Source: the human T2T-CHM13v2.0 reference genome, Homo sapiens
Reading direction: 5' to 3' (one strand)
Assembly: GCF_009914755.1 (NCBI RefSeq)
Contig: NC_060935.1
DNA: 64,000 nt
Below are positions 41,026-56,129 of the stretch, in pieces. The notes beneath the pieces are model-generated. The model did not search any database. It saw only the letters and a program-made list of their open reading frames with translations, and was not told the DNA's origin. Both the position numbers and the translations under genes were made by a program. Every line of letters begins with the position of its first letter. The first letter of the stretch is position 1.

Positions 41026-42084
41026 TAATCCCCATTTAATGGATGGGGAAAGTGAGGGTTGGTTGGTCCAACCAGAATTTCTCCCTAATAAGCACAAAAG
41101 TGAAACCAAAGGCTTCTCCCCACTGTTATTTACTCCCCAGTTCAGAGATCATAGGATACGCGTCCTATCATTTGTGGAAATAGCTGGGAAACAGCAAAGG
41201 AATCCTGGGCTGGGAGTTGGTAAATCTGAGTGAGTCCTTTCACCTCTCTGGCTTCAATCTCCCCATCAGAGCCATGGGAGTGATAATCTCTTTCCCACTG
41301 GGCCGCTGTGCAAATTGGATGGGCTCAGGGACTTACAACACCCCTATGTGGGGCTTGGCACCCACTAGGTGCCCACAAGACAAAATAGCATCTGAATTCA
41401 GCCCCAGAAACACTAAACCAGGAGAATACTCAAGTGGCTCCTGACACACCCCAACCTCTGGAAGAAAAGGCTTCTTGGTCAGAAACCATTGCCTTCTGCA
41501 TGTCGCCTGTCACCTATAAGGAGACTCCCCACATGTTGCCAGACAGGGTAGAACGCAAGTTGCCCAGTGCACTGTGAAGTGAGCATCCCAGCTTCACTAC
41601 CCGAGGTGAAACCTTCCTTGTTCTGTAGCCAATGGTGCAATTATTTGTAACCCAGTGGCTGGGAGGTGGAGGGTGGCTCTGCTCCTCCTTCCCCTCTCCT
41701 CCCTCAACACCCAGGGCTCAGCAAAATCCAGGCGGAGCAGGTCAGGCAAGATTCACCCAGGGCGCTGTGGCAGAAGCAGCTGTAACCCGCTCCATCTCCA
41801 AAACACCCCCAAGTGCAGACCAGAGATGGCCTGGCTGAAACAGGGCTGAGAGGCATCCTCTACACCCTCCCTGAGGGCTGCCAGCGCCCTGGAAAAGTGG
41901 TGGCAGCTCACATCTCAAGTCAGGGACTCTCCCCCGACCTCACTCCCATTCTCCACCTTGAATTCTCTCCCTCCTGGGATCCTCCCATCAACACTTATCA
42001 GCTGGATATCACCGTGCAAGTCACTAGAGCTTTTCAAGCCTCCATGTCCTCATCTTTAAAATGGGCTAAGAAACTATCCCTCCT

Positions 42085-42550
<466 letters not shown>

Positions 42551-43652
42551 TCACTTGTCTTCCCCCTCAATCATACCACTTACATCACCTGCCGGCTCTT
42601 GGCCAGTACCCAGGCTGTGCCTCTGAAGGGCACGGGGGCCAGGGATGCTACCAGGGGCCGAATCATGAGGACAGCTCTGATTCGGGGGGGCCTGAGAGCC
42701 CCCACACTCTATACACAATGGTATGGCCCCCAGAGGCAGCATTTGCAGTGCCCCTCCATGTACCAGGTGAGGCCAAGTACCAGACCTGGCAGAGGAACCA
42801 GCCCTCGCTGCTCCTCCAATGCACCCCCACGGTGCTGGATTATTGAATTCTCTGGAGTACCCCTCAGCCTCTCCAGTGCTCAGCTGCCTCCACGGCTCCC
42901 CACGGGGAAAGCAGGTGCCAAAGGAGGAGAAGTTTGGAAGCAGAGAGATACTTATAAGTCTGATGGGTGAGCCGTATGATGACAGGAAAGCCTGTGACTC
43001 CTGTGAGCCTCAGTTTCCCCACATGCCACGCATGGGTGATGACACATGCCTCCCATGTGCGATGCTAGGCCTTCCAGGTCCCTCTTCAGAAATGAAGTGC
43101 TGGGAGTGCAGGAAGACAGCCCCCAGCTGTCAGCACTTCGGCAAGATCAGCTCTGCTGAAGAAAGCTGCCTTGGCCAAGATCACTCCCTCTTCTAGGGGC
43201 AGCTTCCACCAATGACTGACTAGCTTGCAGGGAGGGGAGACCCAGCCCCTCACCTCAAACTGGGGCAACTCTGAGTCTTGTCTCAGGTCCAGAGCTCCCG
43301 CAGGGGCCAGCTGAGGCCTTCATACGACTATCACAGCCTCCTGCTTCCTCCCCTCCCTTTAGTAGGGATGATTCCAGGGACACCCCTCATCAGCCAGCTA
43401 GGAGCTGCCTCTCAGGGAAGCCAATCTGTGATCAATGCCATGTGAGAAGTGGCAAATACTTGTCCCAGTTTGTCTCTATTTCCTGGGCATTTCTCTGCCA
43501 ACATGAGCCTCCCTCATTGGGATCCAGGCTCCCTGAGGGCCAGGACCCTGCTTATTTTTGTTCATCACTGTATTTTCATGCCAGGTAGATGGTAGGCACT
43601 TAACAAATGTGGACAGAAAGAAAACAGGCAGGAAATGGAGATCTTAGGATGA

Positions 43653-43981
<329 letters not shown>

Positions 43982-44149
43982 AAGGATGGTCTTAAGGGAG
44001 GAAGGAAGGCAGTCAGAAGGGACACAGGAGAACCCACTAGACTCAGGTTCAGGTGAGAATAACCCCAGGATAGTGCTGTTCAAACTGAGAGCTGATGGGA
44101 GGGAAGACACTGGCCAGCGGTGGCCGCCGTGAGGAGCGGACGGAGGGGC

Positions 44150-44810
44150 AAAAGGACATATTCTTCCAGGCACAGGCAAAGGCTCTGAAGCAGGAGTTTG
44201 AGGAGCTGAAAGAAGGCTGGGTGTAAAGCCCAGGGGGGTCACGAGATGAGGCCGGAGAGGTGGGCACAGCTGGACACTGCCCCATGGAACATGGCCTGAG
44301 CCTCGAGGCAATGGGAGCCTGAGAGTTTTAAGCAGAGAGAGACAGGGTTTGGTCTGCGTTTGGAAAGATCTTGTTGCCACTGTGGAGGAGGGGTGAGAGG
44401 AGACTGTCACGGTCCAGTGTGACTGTGCTTCCATGACTGTGACGATGGTGGAGACGGGAGAATTGGCAACAGCAGCTTATTTGGAGGCAGTATCCTCAGA
44501 TTTTTACTGCTTGCTTGTTTGGGTGTCAAGGGTGAGTGAGAGGAGAGAGGAATCTAGGAAGATGTGTAGATTTTAAGCCCTGGATGGATCATGGGGTCAT
44601 TTACTGACCTGGGGAAACCTGAGAGAGAAGCAAGTAGCGGGTAGGGTGGGGGACAGATCAAGTGTTCTAGTTGGAGAAACCTATGGGACACCCAAAGGGC
44701 AAAGTCAGGGCGTCTGTGAGATATAAGGTCTGGACCTGGGAAGAAGTGCCCAGGTTGAGGACTGAGATGTGAGGGCAGCTTGGAGGTGGATTGTGAGTCT
44801 TTGAAGGGAG
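44150..44810 (-). mobile_element. L2 fragment
   Basis: ggcaaaggctctgaagcaggag...ggcaatgggagcc...ttttaagcag...tttggaaagatc. Confidence 0.7.
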
Positions 44811-44887
44811 GACCCCGTGGGAGTCTGCTCAGCAGTCCCACATAGCCTAGGCCTGGGACAGAGACCATGCTGGGTAAATGTTTGCTG

Positions 44888-45025
44888 GCTGGATAGGTGT
44901 GTGGATGGACGAATGAATGGATGGTGGGGGATGGATGGAAGAATGGGGGGATGGATGGGGGGTTGGAGGGATGTGGGGATGGATAGACGGATGGATGGAT
45001 AGATGACTGATGGTGGATGGATGAA
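44888..45025 (+). repeat. (TGGA)n simple repeat (L2 tail)
   Basis: Degenerate GGAT array after gtaaatgtttgctgg. Confidence 0.9.
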
Positions 45026-46094
45026 CTAACAAATAGATGTGTCCTCCCCTGTACATCCATGGGTTCCCTAAGGGTAGAGACTGGGCCCTCTCTTGATGCC
45101 CACAGCGCAACCCAGGCCTGAAAAATAACCAGTGCACAGAATGCTCCTCTTGCTACCACTTTCACTGTGAGGGTGATGGAGCAAGAGTGAAGAGGAAGTG
45201 GGGAGGAACAAGGGACAGCCAGGCCCCTCACTCTACAGACAGAGAGCTGAGGCCAGAGAGAAGCGGAGCCAGGGCCCGGCTCCCAGCTGGTGCCTTTTCC
45301 ATAGTGCCCAGCAGCACCTCCACCTCTCCAGGCACCTTCAGGAGTACCAGGCAACAGCTATCCCCCTGAAACAGATAAAGAAACTGAGGCCCAGAGGAAA
45401 TCACCCACTTGCCCAAATTCATACCTCGAGATAGCACTAGGGATTAAAATAAACCAGTTTGGAGTTTAAGACTTGAGTCCAGATTCCCAGCTGGGGCACC
45501 AGTCACTGGGCACTCGGGGCTGTTCCAGCCCCTCCCTCCATGGGTCTCACTTTCCTCAGTAACAGAGTAATGATGGGGAGTCCAGCCCTCTGGGGTGTGG
45601 GGTGGCTGGGCTGGGTGTGGCACAGGCTTGGAAACCTGCAGAGCATTGTAGAGGCTTTTTGATCCTGTGGGTGGATTGCAGGGCTCGGCCCCCAACTCTG
45701 GCCCCCAGCAAGTCCTGGCTGATGTCAGCAGGTCTGCTGGCCAAGCCAGCTTGCTTGGGGCAGAGAGATGAGAGCTAAGATGGAGCGTTTCTGAGATGAG
45801 GCAATGCGACGGACGCAGTGTGAAGGGAATGCAATTTGACGGGCCCTTCCTCCACCCTCGGTAGGCGGGGCTCAGGCTGAGGGGACAAGCACAGGGAGGC
45901 AGCTTCAAGCTGAGCATCTGCCAGTGGCGCTTAGCCCCTCCCTCGTTACCTGTTTCTCAGGGGCAGCTGAAGGGTCCCATGGCCACAGAGCACAGACCGG
46001 GCATGTGAAACCAGAGTGGAATGGGGCTTTGCCAGCTGGTGGCAGAACTGAAGCCCAAGGCTTGCAGGCTAGGGATATTTGCACTGCTTGTTTT

Positions 46095-46135
46095 ATTTAT
46101 TCATTCATTCATTCATTCATTCATTCATTCAACAA
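46095..46135 (+). repeat. (TTCA)n simple repeat (L2 tail)
   Basis: attcattcattcattc...aacaa. Confidence 0.85.
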
Positions 46136-47573
46136 CCTTTCCTTCTGGCCCTGTCATGGGAGCTGCAGACTCGGAGAGGAATCAAACAACCCCCTGCCTT
46201 CAGGAACTCCTGGTCTGGTGGGGGAACAACCACATAACTAGTTGATGACAACATGGAACTTGTGTCACAACAATTCACAAGGGCTGGGGAGCCCAGAGCA
46301 GGGCCCAATCCAGGCTCCAGTGCAAGGAAGCTTCCTGAAGGAGGCTGAGTCGTAGGAGAAGAGGGGCTCCAGGGCTACATCCCAGCAGGGCAGGGAGTAC
46401 AGAGAGATGACAGGAACTCGCAGAGGGGACACCCTCCGCTAACTAATTCAGGCCCCACCCTAATCCCCAGTTGTCTTCCCGCTTCTCAGATTTGCTTCGC
46501 CTACATCTCAAAGGTGGTGGGAACAAGCATGCTCTGCCCACAGGTACCCGAGCGGAGCCTCTCCTCACATCAGCAGCTCTCTCCACACAGTGTGGTTTCC
46601 AACAGGGCCAGTGCTGAATGCCAAGAAGGGCAGGTCATCTCAGCAGCTCCCAGTCCTAAGAACTAGTTCATTTGCTCACAACAAGTATTGACTGAGTCAC
46701 TACTATGTGTTAGTTATTCTTACCAGTTAGAGTCACTTTAAGAAAAAAAAAAATGAATGAATATTGCTTCCCTATGCATGAATAAGGACAGCTTAGGAAA
46801 AGGTGAGAAACTGGATTCTGAAAGACATTCAAGTGCTGATTCCACTTTTAGTGGCTTGGCAATTCAGGATCTCAGCTGGTTGATGGGGATGGTAACACCT
46901 CACGGAGCGGCTATGAGGACTCTGGTGGAGGAGGGCTTTACACCACGCAGGGGCTCAGTAAAAGTGTATCTCCTCTCATGAGCAGCACCCTCCCCACACC
47001 TCCCTGGGCAGGGAGTGGGAGTTTCAGGGATGAGGCAGGACCAGAGGCAGCAGGAGAGGCTCTGGGGCATGCTAATACTTGCCTGACTTCCCCACTCAAG
47101 CTGGGATGATGCTTTACCCTTCGTGTTCCCTGGCGTGAGTTGGCGGTACCATCCCAGGGGCCAATCTGACTTTTCCCACCAGGAAACCAGCAGGGACTCT
47201 CACTGAAGCCCACAGCTAAGGACCAGTGCCAGAGGCCCTGCTGTTCAGAACTGGGTGGTGCTTGGAAGAGTCACCCTGCCCTGAGACTGAAGACCCAGGG
47301 GAAAGGTTTACCCTCCAGAAGTGGCTGGACCCCTTGGCTGAGTCAAGGAGAAGCCCCGACCACAACCCCAAGGGACCCGTAAGAGGTAGCCTCCCAGCAA
47401 GAGGCTGACCTCACCAAGTGGTGTGATGCTGGCAGGGGTGGTAATAGGAAGGTGGGCATCAGACTGCACTGGGCATCACCACCAAGCAGACACTCTCCAG
47501 CAACTCCCCACACTGTCCTGCCCCAAACACACCCCCAAGAAGGATGGCTGCAGCTAGGCCACAGGGTAGACTA

Positions 47574-48243
<670 letters not shown>

Positions 48244-48711
48244 AGAAGCTGCAGCTGCCCAGCCAAAGAGGCTGCACCAAATGACCACCAAAGGGCTCCC
48301 TAAAGGATCTGAACACTTGCCTTGGAAGAACAGGAGGGAGTGTGCTTTGTGCCGTAACCAAGTCAGACTTTTCAGGAGTTCTTGGTTCTGGGCCTGTGTT
48401 CGTTGTGGGATGTGGGCAGGCCCAACCCTTTCTGAGCCTGAGACACCAAGGGCCCTTCTACCTTTGACTTCTATGTAGCATCAAAACTGGGCACCCAAAT
48501 ACAGAGGCCCCTTGGGGGACTTCAGGCTAAAATTTCCCTTATTGATGCCTAGAGAGGAACAGGGATAAGATCAAGGTCATGCAGCAAGTTGAGGACACTC
48601 CCATCATTGGTACAGTGACCTAGAATCCTGAGTCCACTCTGCTGGCCTCTGCGTTTGCCCTTCCATGCTCCTGGGTTTTTCTGCAACAAATATTTGCAGT
48701 TTGTTACCATG

Positions 48712-49009
48712 GTTTTTTGTTTTGTTTTGTTTTTTTCTGAGGCAGAGTTACTCTGTCACCCAAGGTGGAGTGTAGTGGTGCAATCTTGGCTCACTGCAGC
48801 CTCGACCCGCCAGGCTCAAGCAATCCTCCCACCTCAGTAGCTGGGACTACAGGTGCATGCCACTGCTCCCAGGTAAATTTTGCATTTTTAGTAGAGATGG
48901 GGTTTTGCCATGTTGGCCAGGCTGGTCTCCAACTCCTGGGCTTAAGCGATCCGCCCACCTCAGCCTCCCAAAGTGCTGGGATTACAGGCATGAGCCACTG
49001 CACCCAGCT
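48712..49009 (-). mobile_element. Alu (AluJ-like)
   Basis: ctgcagcctcgac, ggctcaagcaatcctcccacc; flanks gttacca. Confidence 0.93.
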
Positions 49010-50672
49010 CGTTACCACATTCTGCCCACCTATCTTCATGGGCAGCCCATCACTGCTTACTTCTTGCTTCCAGGCACCCAGCCTACTGACCACAGGGCCC
49101 CTTGAAAGGCCTTGGTATTAACATTTTGGCCGGGCCTGATCCCAGACCATGTGCTGCTTGCCCCACTGGGCCTTGCCTCTCCCTGGATCACTGGGTCGGC
49201 CTCTTGGCTGGCCTCCAGCTGCTGGTCTCTACCTCACAGCAGCCACAGAAGTGCTTCTGGTACTCAAGTCTGCCCAGGTCCCTGCCTGACTTGGAACAAC
49301 TGGAGACTTCCCATGCTCTAAAACAGGGAGGGAACCTGACTTCTTGAGGGCGCAGGCACCTGAGTGGCCTCCTGATAGCTCCACATTAGCTTTGCTCAGA
49401 CCCTGGGAGATTTGGCCGCTGCTGCCCTGTAGCTCCTGGGAGCAGTCTCACCATGCTGAGCCCATCCCTTTAGCTGCCTGTGGCCTTGCTATGCCAGGCA
49501 GCCTGATGAGCCTGGTTTCTATCACTCTCTTGCTGTGTGACTTTAGGCAAGTCACCTCTCCTCTCTGTGCTTCACTCTCTTCTGCAAAACAGAGTTAGTA
49601 ATTCCAGTGTGACCCCACCAAGCTGTTGTTAGGATTTCGAGGCTGTGCATGGAAGTACCAGCACGGTGCCTGGCCCATTGCGGTGTACCGTGATCTGGTA
49701 AGGATGCTCTCAGAGTGCACCTGTCATTCAGTCATTCATCCAAAAGGACAGCACAAAGCTCCCATGGGGGCCAAGCCCCGTGCCACGGGGAGCAATGTGA
49801 ATCAGGTGCCAGAGTCCCCACCCTGAAGGCGCTCTGGGTGATTCAGCAGAGAAGATGGGTGCAGGGACCCTCAGTCACACAGTGTGGTCACAGCTGTGGC
49901 AGCCCAGAAGGGGCACCTAAGCCCCCATACCTTGGAGGACCCCACTGAGTCATGGAAGGTGAGAAAGAGTGCGACATTAGGATCGGCATGGATAAGTCAT
50001 GACGGCCAGGGTGAGCAGGGGCCTGGGAGCCCAGAGCAGATCTGCATCTGCTAAGCAGCATTTAGGGATGATGGGGGGCAGGGAAGGGTTTAACGGAGTG
50101 GGGGTGGTGATCGCTGGATCTGTGTGTGAGGGAAAATCCCTGGGCTGGGTGGGGGATGGATGGGGTGGGGAAAGGTATGGGCAGGCATGGAAGAGACAAC
50201 ACAGCCATCTGTGAGGAGGCTGGGACAGTGGTCCAGGCCAGGTAGATGGTGGGAACCGAGAGGAGAGGGGGCAATGGGGAGGGCAAGAGGAGGCAAACGG
50301 GAGGGATTTAGGAGAGGGAAGGGATGGGATGAACTCCCACATCAGGCACTGGAACCACCCCTGAGCTACTAACCCATTCAGTGACTCAGGCAAGCCCCTC
50401 CCCCTTGGGGGCCTCAGTTTACCTACATGTGAAATAGGACATGGGCCAGAAAATCCCTGGAGGCCCTCTCTACTCACACATCCTGTGGCTCTGTAAAGCA
50501 AGTGGCCTTCCCTGCTTCTGGAGGAGGAGGAGCAAAGCCCATCCCCACCCCACCCCTCCAAGCCTCATCCCTGGAGATGGGGCCCAAGCCCCAGGGCCAA
50601 GTGGGACAAGGGGTCTGACCCACTTAGGTGAGGGCAGGTAGCAGCGCCCTGGAGGCTGCATACACAGAGCTG

Positions 50673-50691
50673 CAGCGCCACCTACTGTCCA
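50673..50691 (-). promoter_or_regulatory. CTCF motif
   Basis: Minus strand TGGACAGTAGGTGGCGCTG, one mismatch to TGGCCASYAGRKGGCRSYR, CpG retained. Confidence 0.6.
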
Positions 50692-51062
50692 TGTGGGAAG
50701 AGGCCACCAGTCCCAGGAGCCCGGCTCTGACCTAAATAAATCCCAGTGGACTGAAGCACAGCTAAGAGTTCCTACCTGGGCCCACTGGCCCAGTTCCCTC
50801 CCCGCCACCCCCAGGTCTCTCCAGATGGCTCGATGAATGCAAGATGCTTCCTTCTGTAATGGATTCTGACCACATCATTCTCTTGCTCAGAAACCTTTCA
50901 TGGTTCCTCACTGCCCTTGGAGTCCATGCTTGCTCCTTAGTTGGCATTCAAGGCTCTTCCCATCCGGGCCTCTGCTGACCTCTGATGCCCCATTTCCTAT
51001 ACAGCAAAATACTCACCAGCTCCTTAAACGTTCCATACTTTCCCCAGTCTTGTGGCTTTGTA

Positions 51063-51837
<775 letters not shown>

Positions 51838-53549
51838 TCAATATACCTTTCTCCCCAAGTTCACTACTGGGCACACAGCCTGCTCTCGATAAAAGTTCAA
51901 TCCCATCTTCCTCTGGGTCCCCATAGTTCCTGTGCTGTCCTTTATCCCTGCATAGGCCAGGAATGTTTCTGTACCCATCTCTTGCCCTCCCCAGGCTCTG
52001 AGCTCAAGGGAAGAGACTGTGTGTGACCCATTGCTTCTCAGCATAAGGTCTGGTGTTCAATACATTTGCATTTATTAAGCATCTACTATGTGCCATTAGA
52101 CTAGATGTTTTCCCGTGCTTTACCTCATTATAGACTTAAGTCACCTGTGTTGAACATGGGAGTCTTGACCACTTTGTTCCTGCTCTTCCTGTCAGCCAAA
52201 ATGCCTTCCCATGAGCTTGCCACATAACCATGGGTGGCTCACTGGACTTTCATCTGGGCAAAGAGAAGGGTGTGCTGACACTACTCATGGCTCCTTCATC
52301 TGGGACCTACCCAAATCCCGTGGCTTTGCTCACAATCATCTGATCCTGTTGTGCCCAAGATGCCTGCTCCCATGCCTGGATACCTGCTGCAGCTGCTCCA
52401 AGCCAGGACCCTGCCAATCTGTCATTTTAGATCTTCAGCTCTGGGTTGGTCTTCCAGGTGCCTCTGCCTCCCAAGGAAACCCAAGGAACTCCGCCAGAAA
52501 GGGAATGCCTAAAAGAGCAGCAGTGGGGACTGTAGGGGTCCTCCTGCCTGCCCCTTTGTTATCCAGAGTGGGGCCCTGACTTGCCTGAAGTCACACAGGG
52601 ACTCCGGTATTCCAATCCTCGGCCTTAAGATCGCTGCTATCCCGTTACTTCTATCTAAAAGCCCTAGAGAAGTTTCGGGAGACACTCAAAGGGCCCTTGT
52701 CTGGTTTCCAGGCTGACCAACTCTAATGGAGAAAAAGCTCACTCACTAAGCATACATCAAATGCCAGGCGTATAGAATCCTTCAGTGGAGGGATCATTCT
52801 CCCCATTTTACAGAGGAATAAAGTGAGGCTCAGAGTGAATGAAAGACTTTCCCAGGTCACATGTCTGCAGTAGAACTGGGGTTCTCGGGTGGCCTTGATC
52901 ACCATGCTCGGCTCCCTTGAAGGCTGACGCACACAAATTAATTCCAAAGACAAGGCAGCAAATAACCAGATACAGGCTTTGGCGTTCTGAGACCCTGAGG
53001 GAGCAGGGAAGACTTCCTGGAGGTGGTGAGTGGGGCACTGAGAGAGGCCTTGGAAGAGGGTCCAAGCTGGACTAACGAGGAAGGAGGAGGGTTGGCAGGA
53101 GGGAGACATTCCCACTCCCGTCACCTGGGTGCAGGCACTGTGACTTCTGCCTACAGCCTCCTCACCCATCCCCTGCCACTCCCCCAGTCCCCCCCCGCCC
53201 CCCCCGACACCAGCCAGAGTGGCCTTCCCGGAAAGCAAATGACTGGCCAGTCAGGGTCCTGCTTACAATCCCTCAGAGTCGCCCATCCTCCAGCATGGTT
53301 TGCCAAGGACCTGCTCGGGACTGGCTCTCCCCACTCTCTCCAGCCCCATCTTGAGCCACTACACCTTGAATTCAGCGTTTCAACAACACACAGTATTTGG
53401 AATTTCTCCAACTGCCCCCCTGTTGGTCTTTGCATATTCTGTTCCCTCTGTCCATCATATCCGTTCATCTTTCAGAGCTTAGCTGAAATCCCTCCAGGAC
53501 GCCTTCCCTGAGCCCCGGATTGAGTGGGGTGCCCTCCCCCAGCTCCCAC

Positions 53550-54070
53550 CCTGGGTCTGTGTCTGCCTGCCCTGCCCATGCCCGCCCCACAAGGCCCACG
53601 CTTGCGCCCTCGGGCTGCGCAGGGCGAGGGTTTGGGGGCGCGGTACTGACGGGTGTCCAGGCCTCTCCTCGAAGGGTTCCGCGCGCAGAAAGGTGGGCCG
53701 GGGCCAGAAGACGCGCTGGAAAGGCGTTTTCTGCCCCCTCCGGGCCTCGGGAATATTTGTGGGCTGCCGGCGGGGCAGGCGGGGTGGGGGAGGCTGCCCG
53801 GCGGGCGGGAAGCCCCGCGCACTCGGGTCCCCTGCGGTCCCCGGCGGGGGTCGGCGCGTGCGGAAAGCGGCCCCGAGCCCCCAACCTCGGCCCGTCCGCA
53901 ACCGAAGAGGAGGCGACCGCAGCCTGGAAAAGAAGAGCCCCCAGCTGTTTCCTTCCACCCGGGCGGGCGGGACGGAGAAGGGAGGGAGCCTGGGAGAGAC
54001 GCAGGTGTGGCGCTCGCCTGTGCTGGCGGGGTGGCAGCCGGGGCGTGGCACCCTCGGAGTCTCGACTCTG
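53550..54070. promoter_or_regulatory. CpG island / promoter-like element
   Basis: Only strongly CpG-dense non-repeat block in the window; GGGCGG boxes; GGCGGGAA (E2F-like) at 53804-53811. Confidence 0.85.
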
Positions 54071-54194
54071 CCCACTTCTCAGGCAGAAAACTGAGGTGGT
54101 CCCATGGCCAGAGCTAAGAAAGGCAGTGCTGATTCCTGGGCCCCCGCTGCTCACAGCGTCCTTCAGCATCCCAGTAGGCCGAGGGCATCTCACT

Positions 54195-54340
54195 CTTAGG
54201 TGACCACAAGAATCACGGGGACAGTTGTTAAAATGCAGATTTCAAGGCCCCATCTCCCAGAGACGCAGTAGGTCTGAGATGGGACCCAGAAATCAGCTCT
54301 TTAAAACAAGGAAATAGTCCACATGTTGTGAAGCACTGGT
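54195..54340. mobile_element. MER5A-like hAT element
   Basis: agaatcac...tgttaaaatgcagattt...cagtaggtctgagatgggacccagaaatc...gaagcactgg. Confidence 0.75.
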
Positions 54341-54908
54341 GAAGAGATGCTTTGGAATAGGAAGCTTCCCCCTCGGCCTAGTTACAGCAGAGAGCAGAGA
54401 GCGAGGACTCGGAAGGGAGGGACTTGGACCCTGAAGCCCAGGCTTTCCTGCTGGGTGACTAACTTCTCTGTGTCTTGATTTTATCTTGCCTAAAGTGGAG
54501 ATAACATTCAGCCCACAAGGTTCTGTAAAATCAAAGAGATGTGAGTAAAAGTGCTTTACTAACTTCACCACCACCATCATTATTATTCACTGTCACCGCC
54601 CATCCCCTAGGCAAGGAAAGAAGCCATCCTGAACCTGTGGGGTGATGAGCTCAGATGCTACCACCTCTGCAAAGGCAGCCCTGGTCATTTGGGAGGAAGC
54701 CCTCTTTCCTCTGAACTGAACACCACTCCTTCACCCCCATTTGGTGCTCCTTGTACGTGCCCAGGGCTGACTGCAGTACCATGTGCCATTTTTTCACCAA
54801 AATATGAGCTCTACCTTTGGGGCTCCTCAAAGTCAGCAATTATGTCAGAAGGGCTGCATGGTAGAGACCTGAGTTTAAGTCTCAGGTCTGTCATTTACTG
54901 AGAGATCT

Positions 54909-55585
54909 TGAAACCGCCTTTGTAAAATTATGACTGAGACAGTGAAAGAGATCTAACTTAACTGACTCCATTTTGCTTCTAACCTCCAAGCTGTCCTTGT
55001 TCATTCCTAAGCATAGATTGAACTATCTTTGGGAGAAATTTAGTTTATAGTTTATTGTTTAAACAAAGATGGTAATAGACCTTTCCCAAAGCAGACCTCC
55101 TTCTTGCCTGGGGACTAGATTGCTTTGGCAGGTCTAACATTAGCCACAAGATAAGGAATTATATGCAGCTGGAGGATACAAGATTCTGACCCTCTCTAAC
55201 CTGCTCTAAGATCAGTGCTTGAGATGTTTCACAGGCCCTGCACTTGATGGATCAGCTGGCACCACCCAGATCAATAAACTGGCTCATCTGATCTTGTGGC
55301 CCCCACCCAGGAACTGACTCAGCGCAAGAAGACAGCTTCCACTCCCTGTGATTTCATCTCTGACCAATCAGCACTCCTGGCACACTGTCTTCCCCCCACC
55401 CACCAAGTTATCCTTCAAAACTCTGCTCCCCAATGCCTGGGGAGACTGATTTGAGTAATAATAAAACTCTGGTCTCCCGCACAGCCAGCTCTGCATGAAT
55501 TACTCTTTCTCTATTGCAATTCCCCTGTCTTGAAGAATCGGCTCTGTCCAGGCAGTGGGCAAGGTGAACCCCTTGGACTGTTACA
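54909..55585 (+). mobile_element. Complete solo LTR8 (ERV1)
   Basis: TGaaaccgcctttg.aaaattatgactgagacagtgaaagagatctaac...ggcaaggtgaaccc...gttaCA; 4-bp TSD ATCT. Confidence 0.92.
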
Positions 55586-55629
55586 ATCTCAGTAAATGTA
55601 AACTGTCAGTTTACTGAGATCTCTCAGTA

Positions 55630-55784
55630 AACTGCCCCCGTTATTCTTGGGGCCACCAAAGAGTGAGCTGCCCTTGGCCTACTGTGATGCCAAAGGGCGC
55701 CGTGAGCAGCGGGGGCCCAGGAATCAGCACCGCCTTTCTTAGCTCTGGCCATGGGACCACCTCAGTTTTCCACCTGTGAAGTGG
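55630..55784 (-). repeat. Inverted local duplicate of 54072-54226
   Basis: e.g. ctttcttagctctggccatgggaccacctcagttttc is the reverse complement of ~54086-54122. Confidence 0.93.
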
Positions 55785-56129
55785 TCAGGAAGGCTGTGGG
55801 ATCTTGATCAGTGCATCCACCTCTCCAAAAGTCTATCACTTTAGAGTGTAAAGGTTTAAATGGAATAATGTCTATAAAGTACTGTAATGTCTATCACTCA
55901 GTTGGCCTAACTTGAATAAAACAAATACAAGCTGGGCAGTCTGAGGAAGGCATCGCAAGGAGTGGCTTTTGACCTGGGCTTTTAGAGCCAGGAGTCTTAA
56001 TAGGTAAAGAACTGGTGGGGAAGGGCCCCTCTAGGCCCTTTTCCATATTCTGGTTACAGTCTCTGTTAATGTTTATAACTTTAAACAGAGACTTCCTGCT
56101 CTGAAATGTGTTGTTACTGCCCATTTAAA

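Noticed and set aside
44554-45354. 266-aa minus-strand ORF
   Set aside because: Runs through L2, (TGGA)n and other repeat-derived sequence.
53465-54203. Overlapping 130-240 aa ORFs on both strands
   Set aside because: Stop-codon depletion in a CpG island; Arg/Pro/Gly/Ala-rich with no domain.
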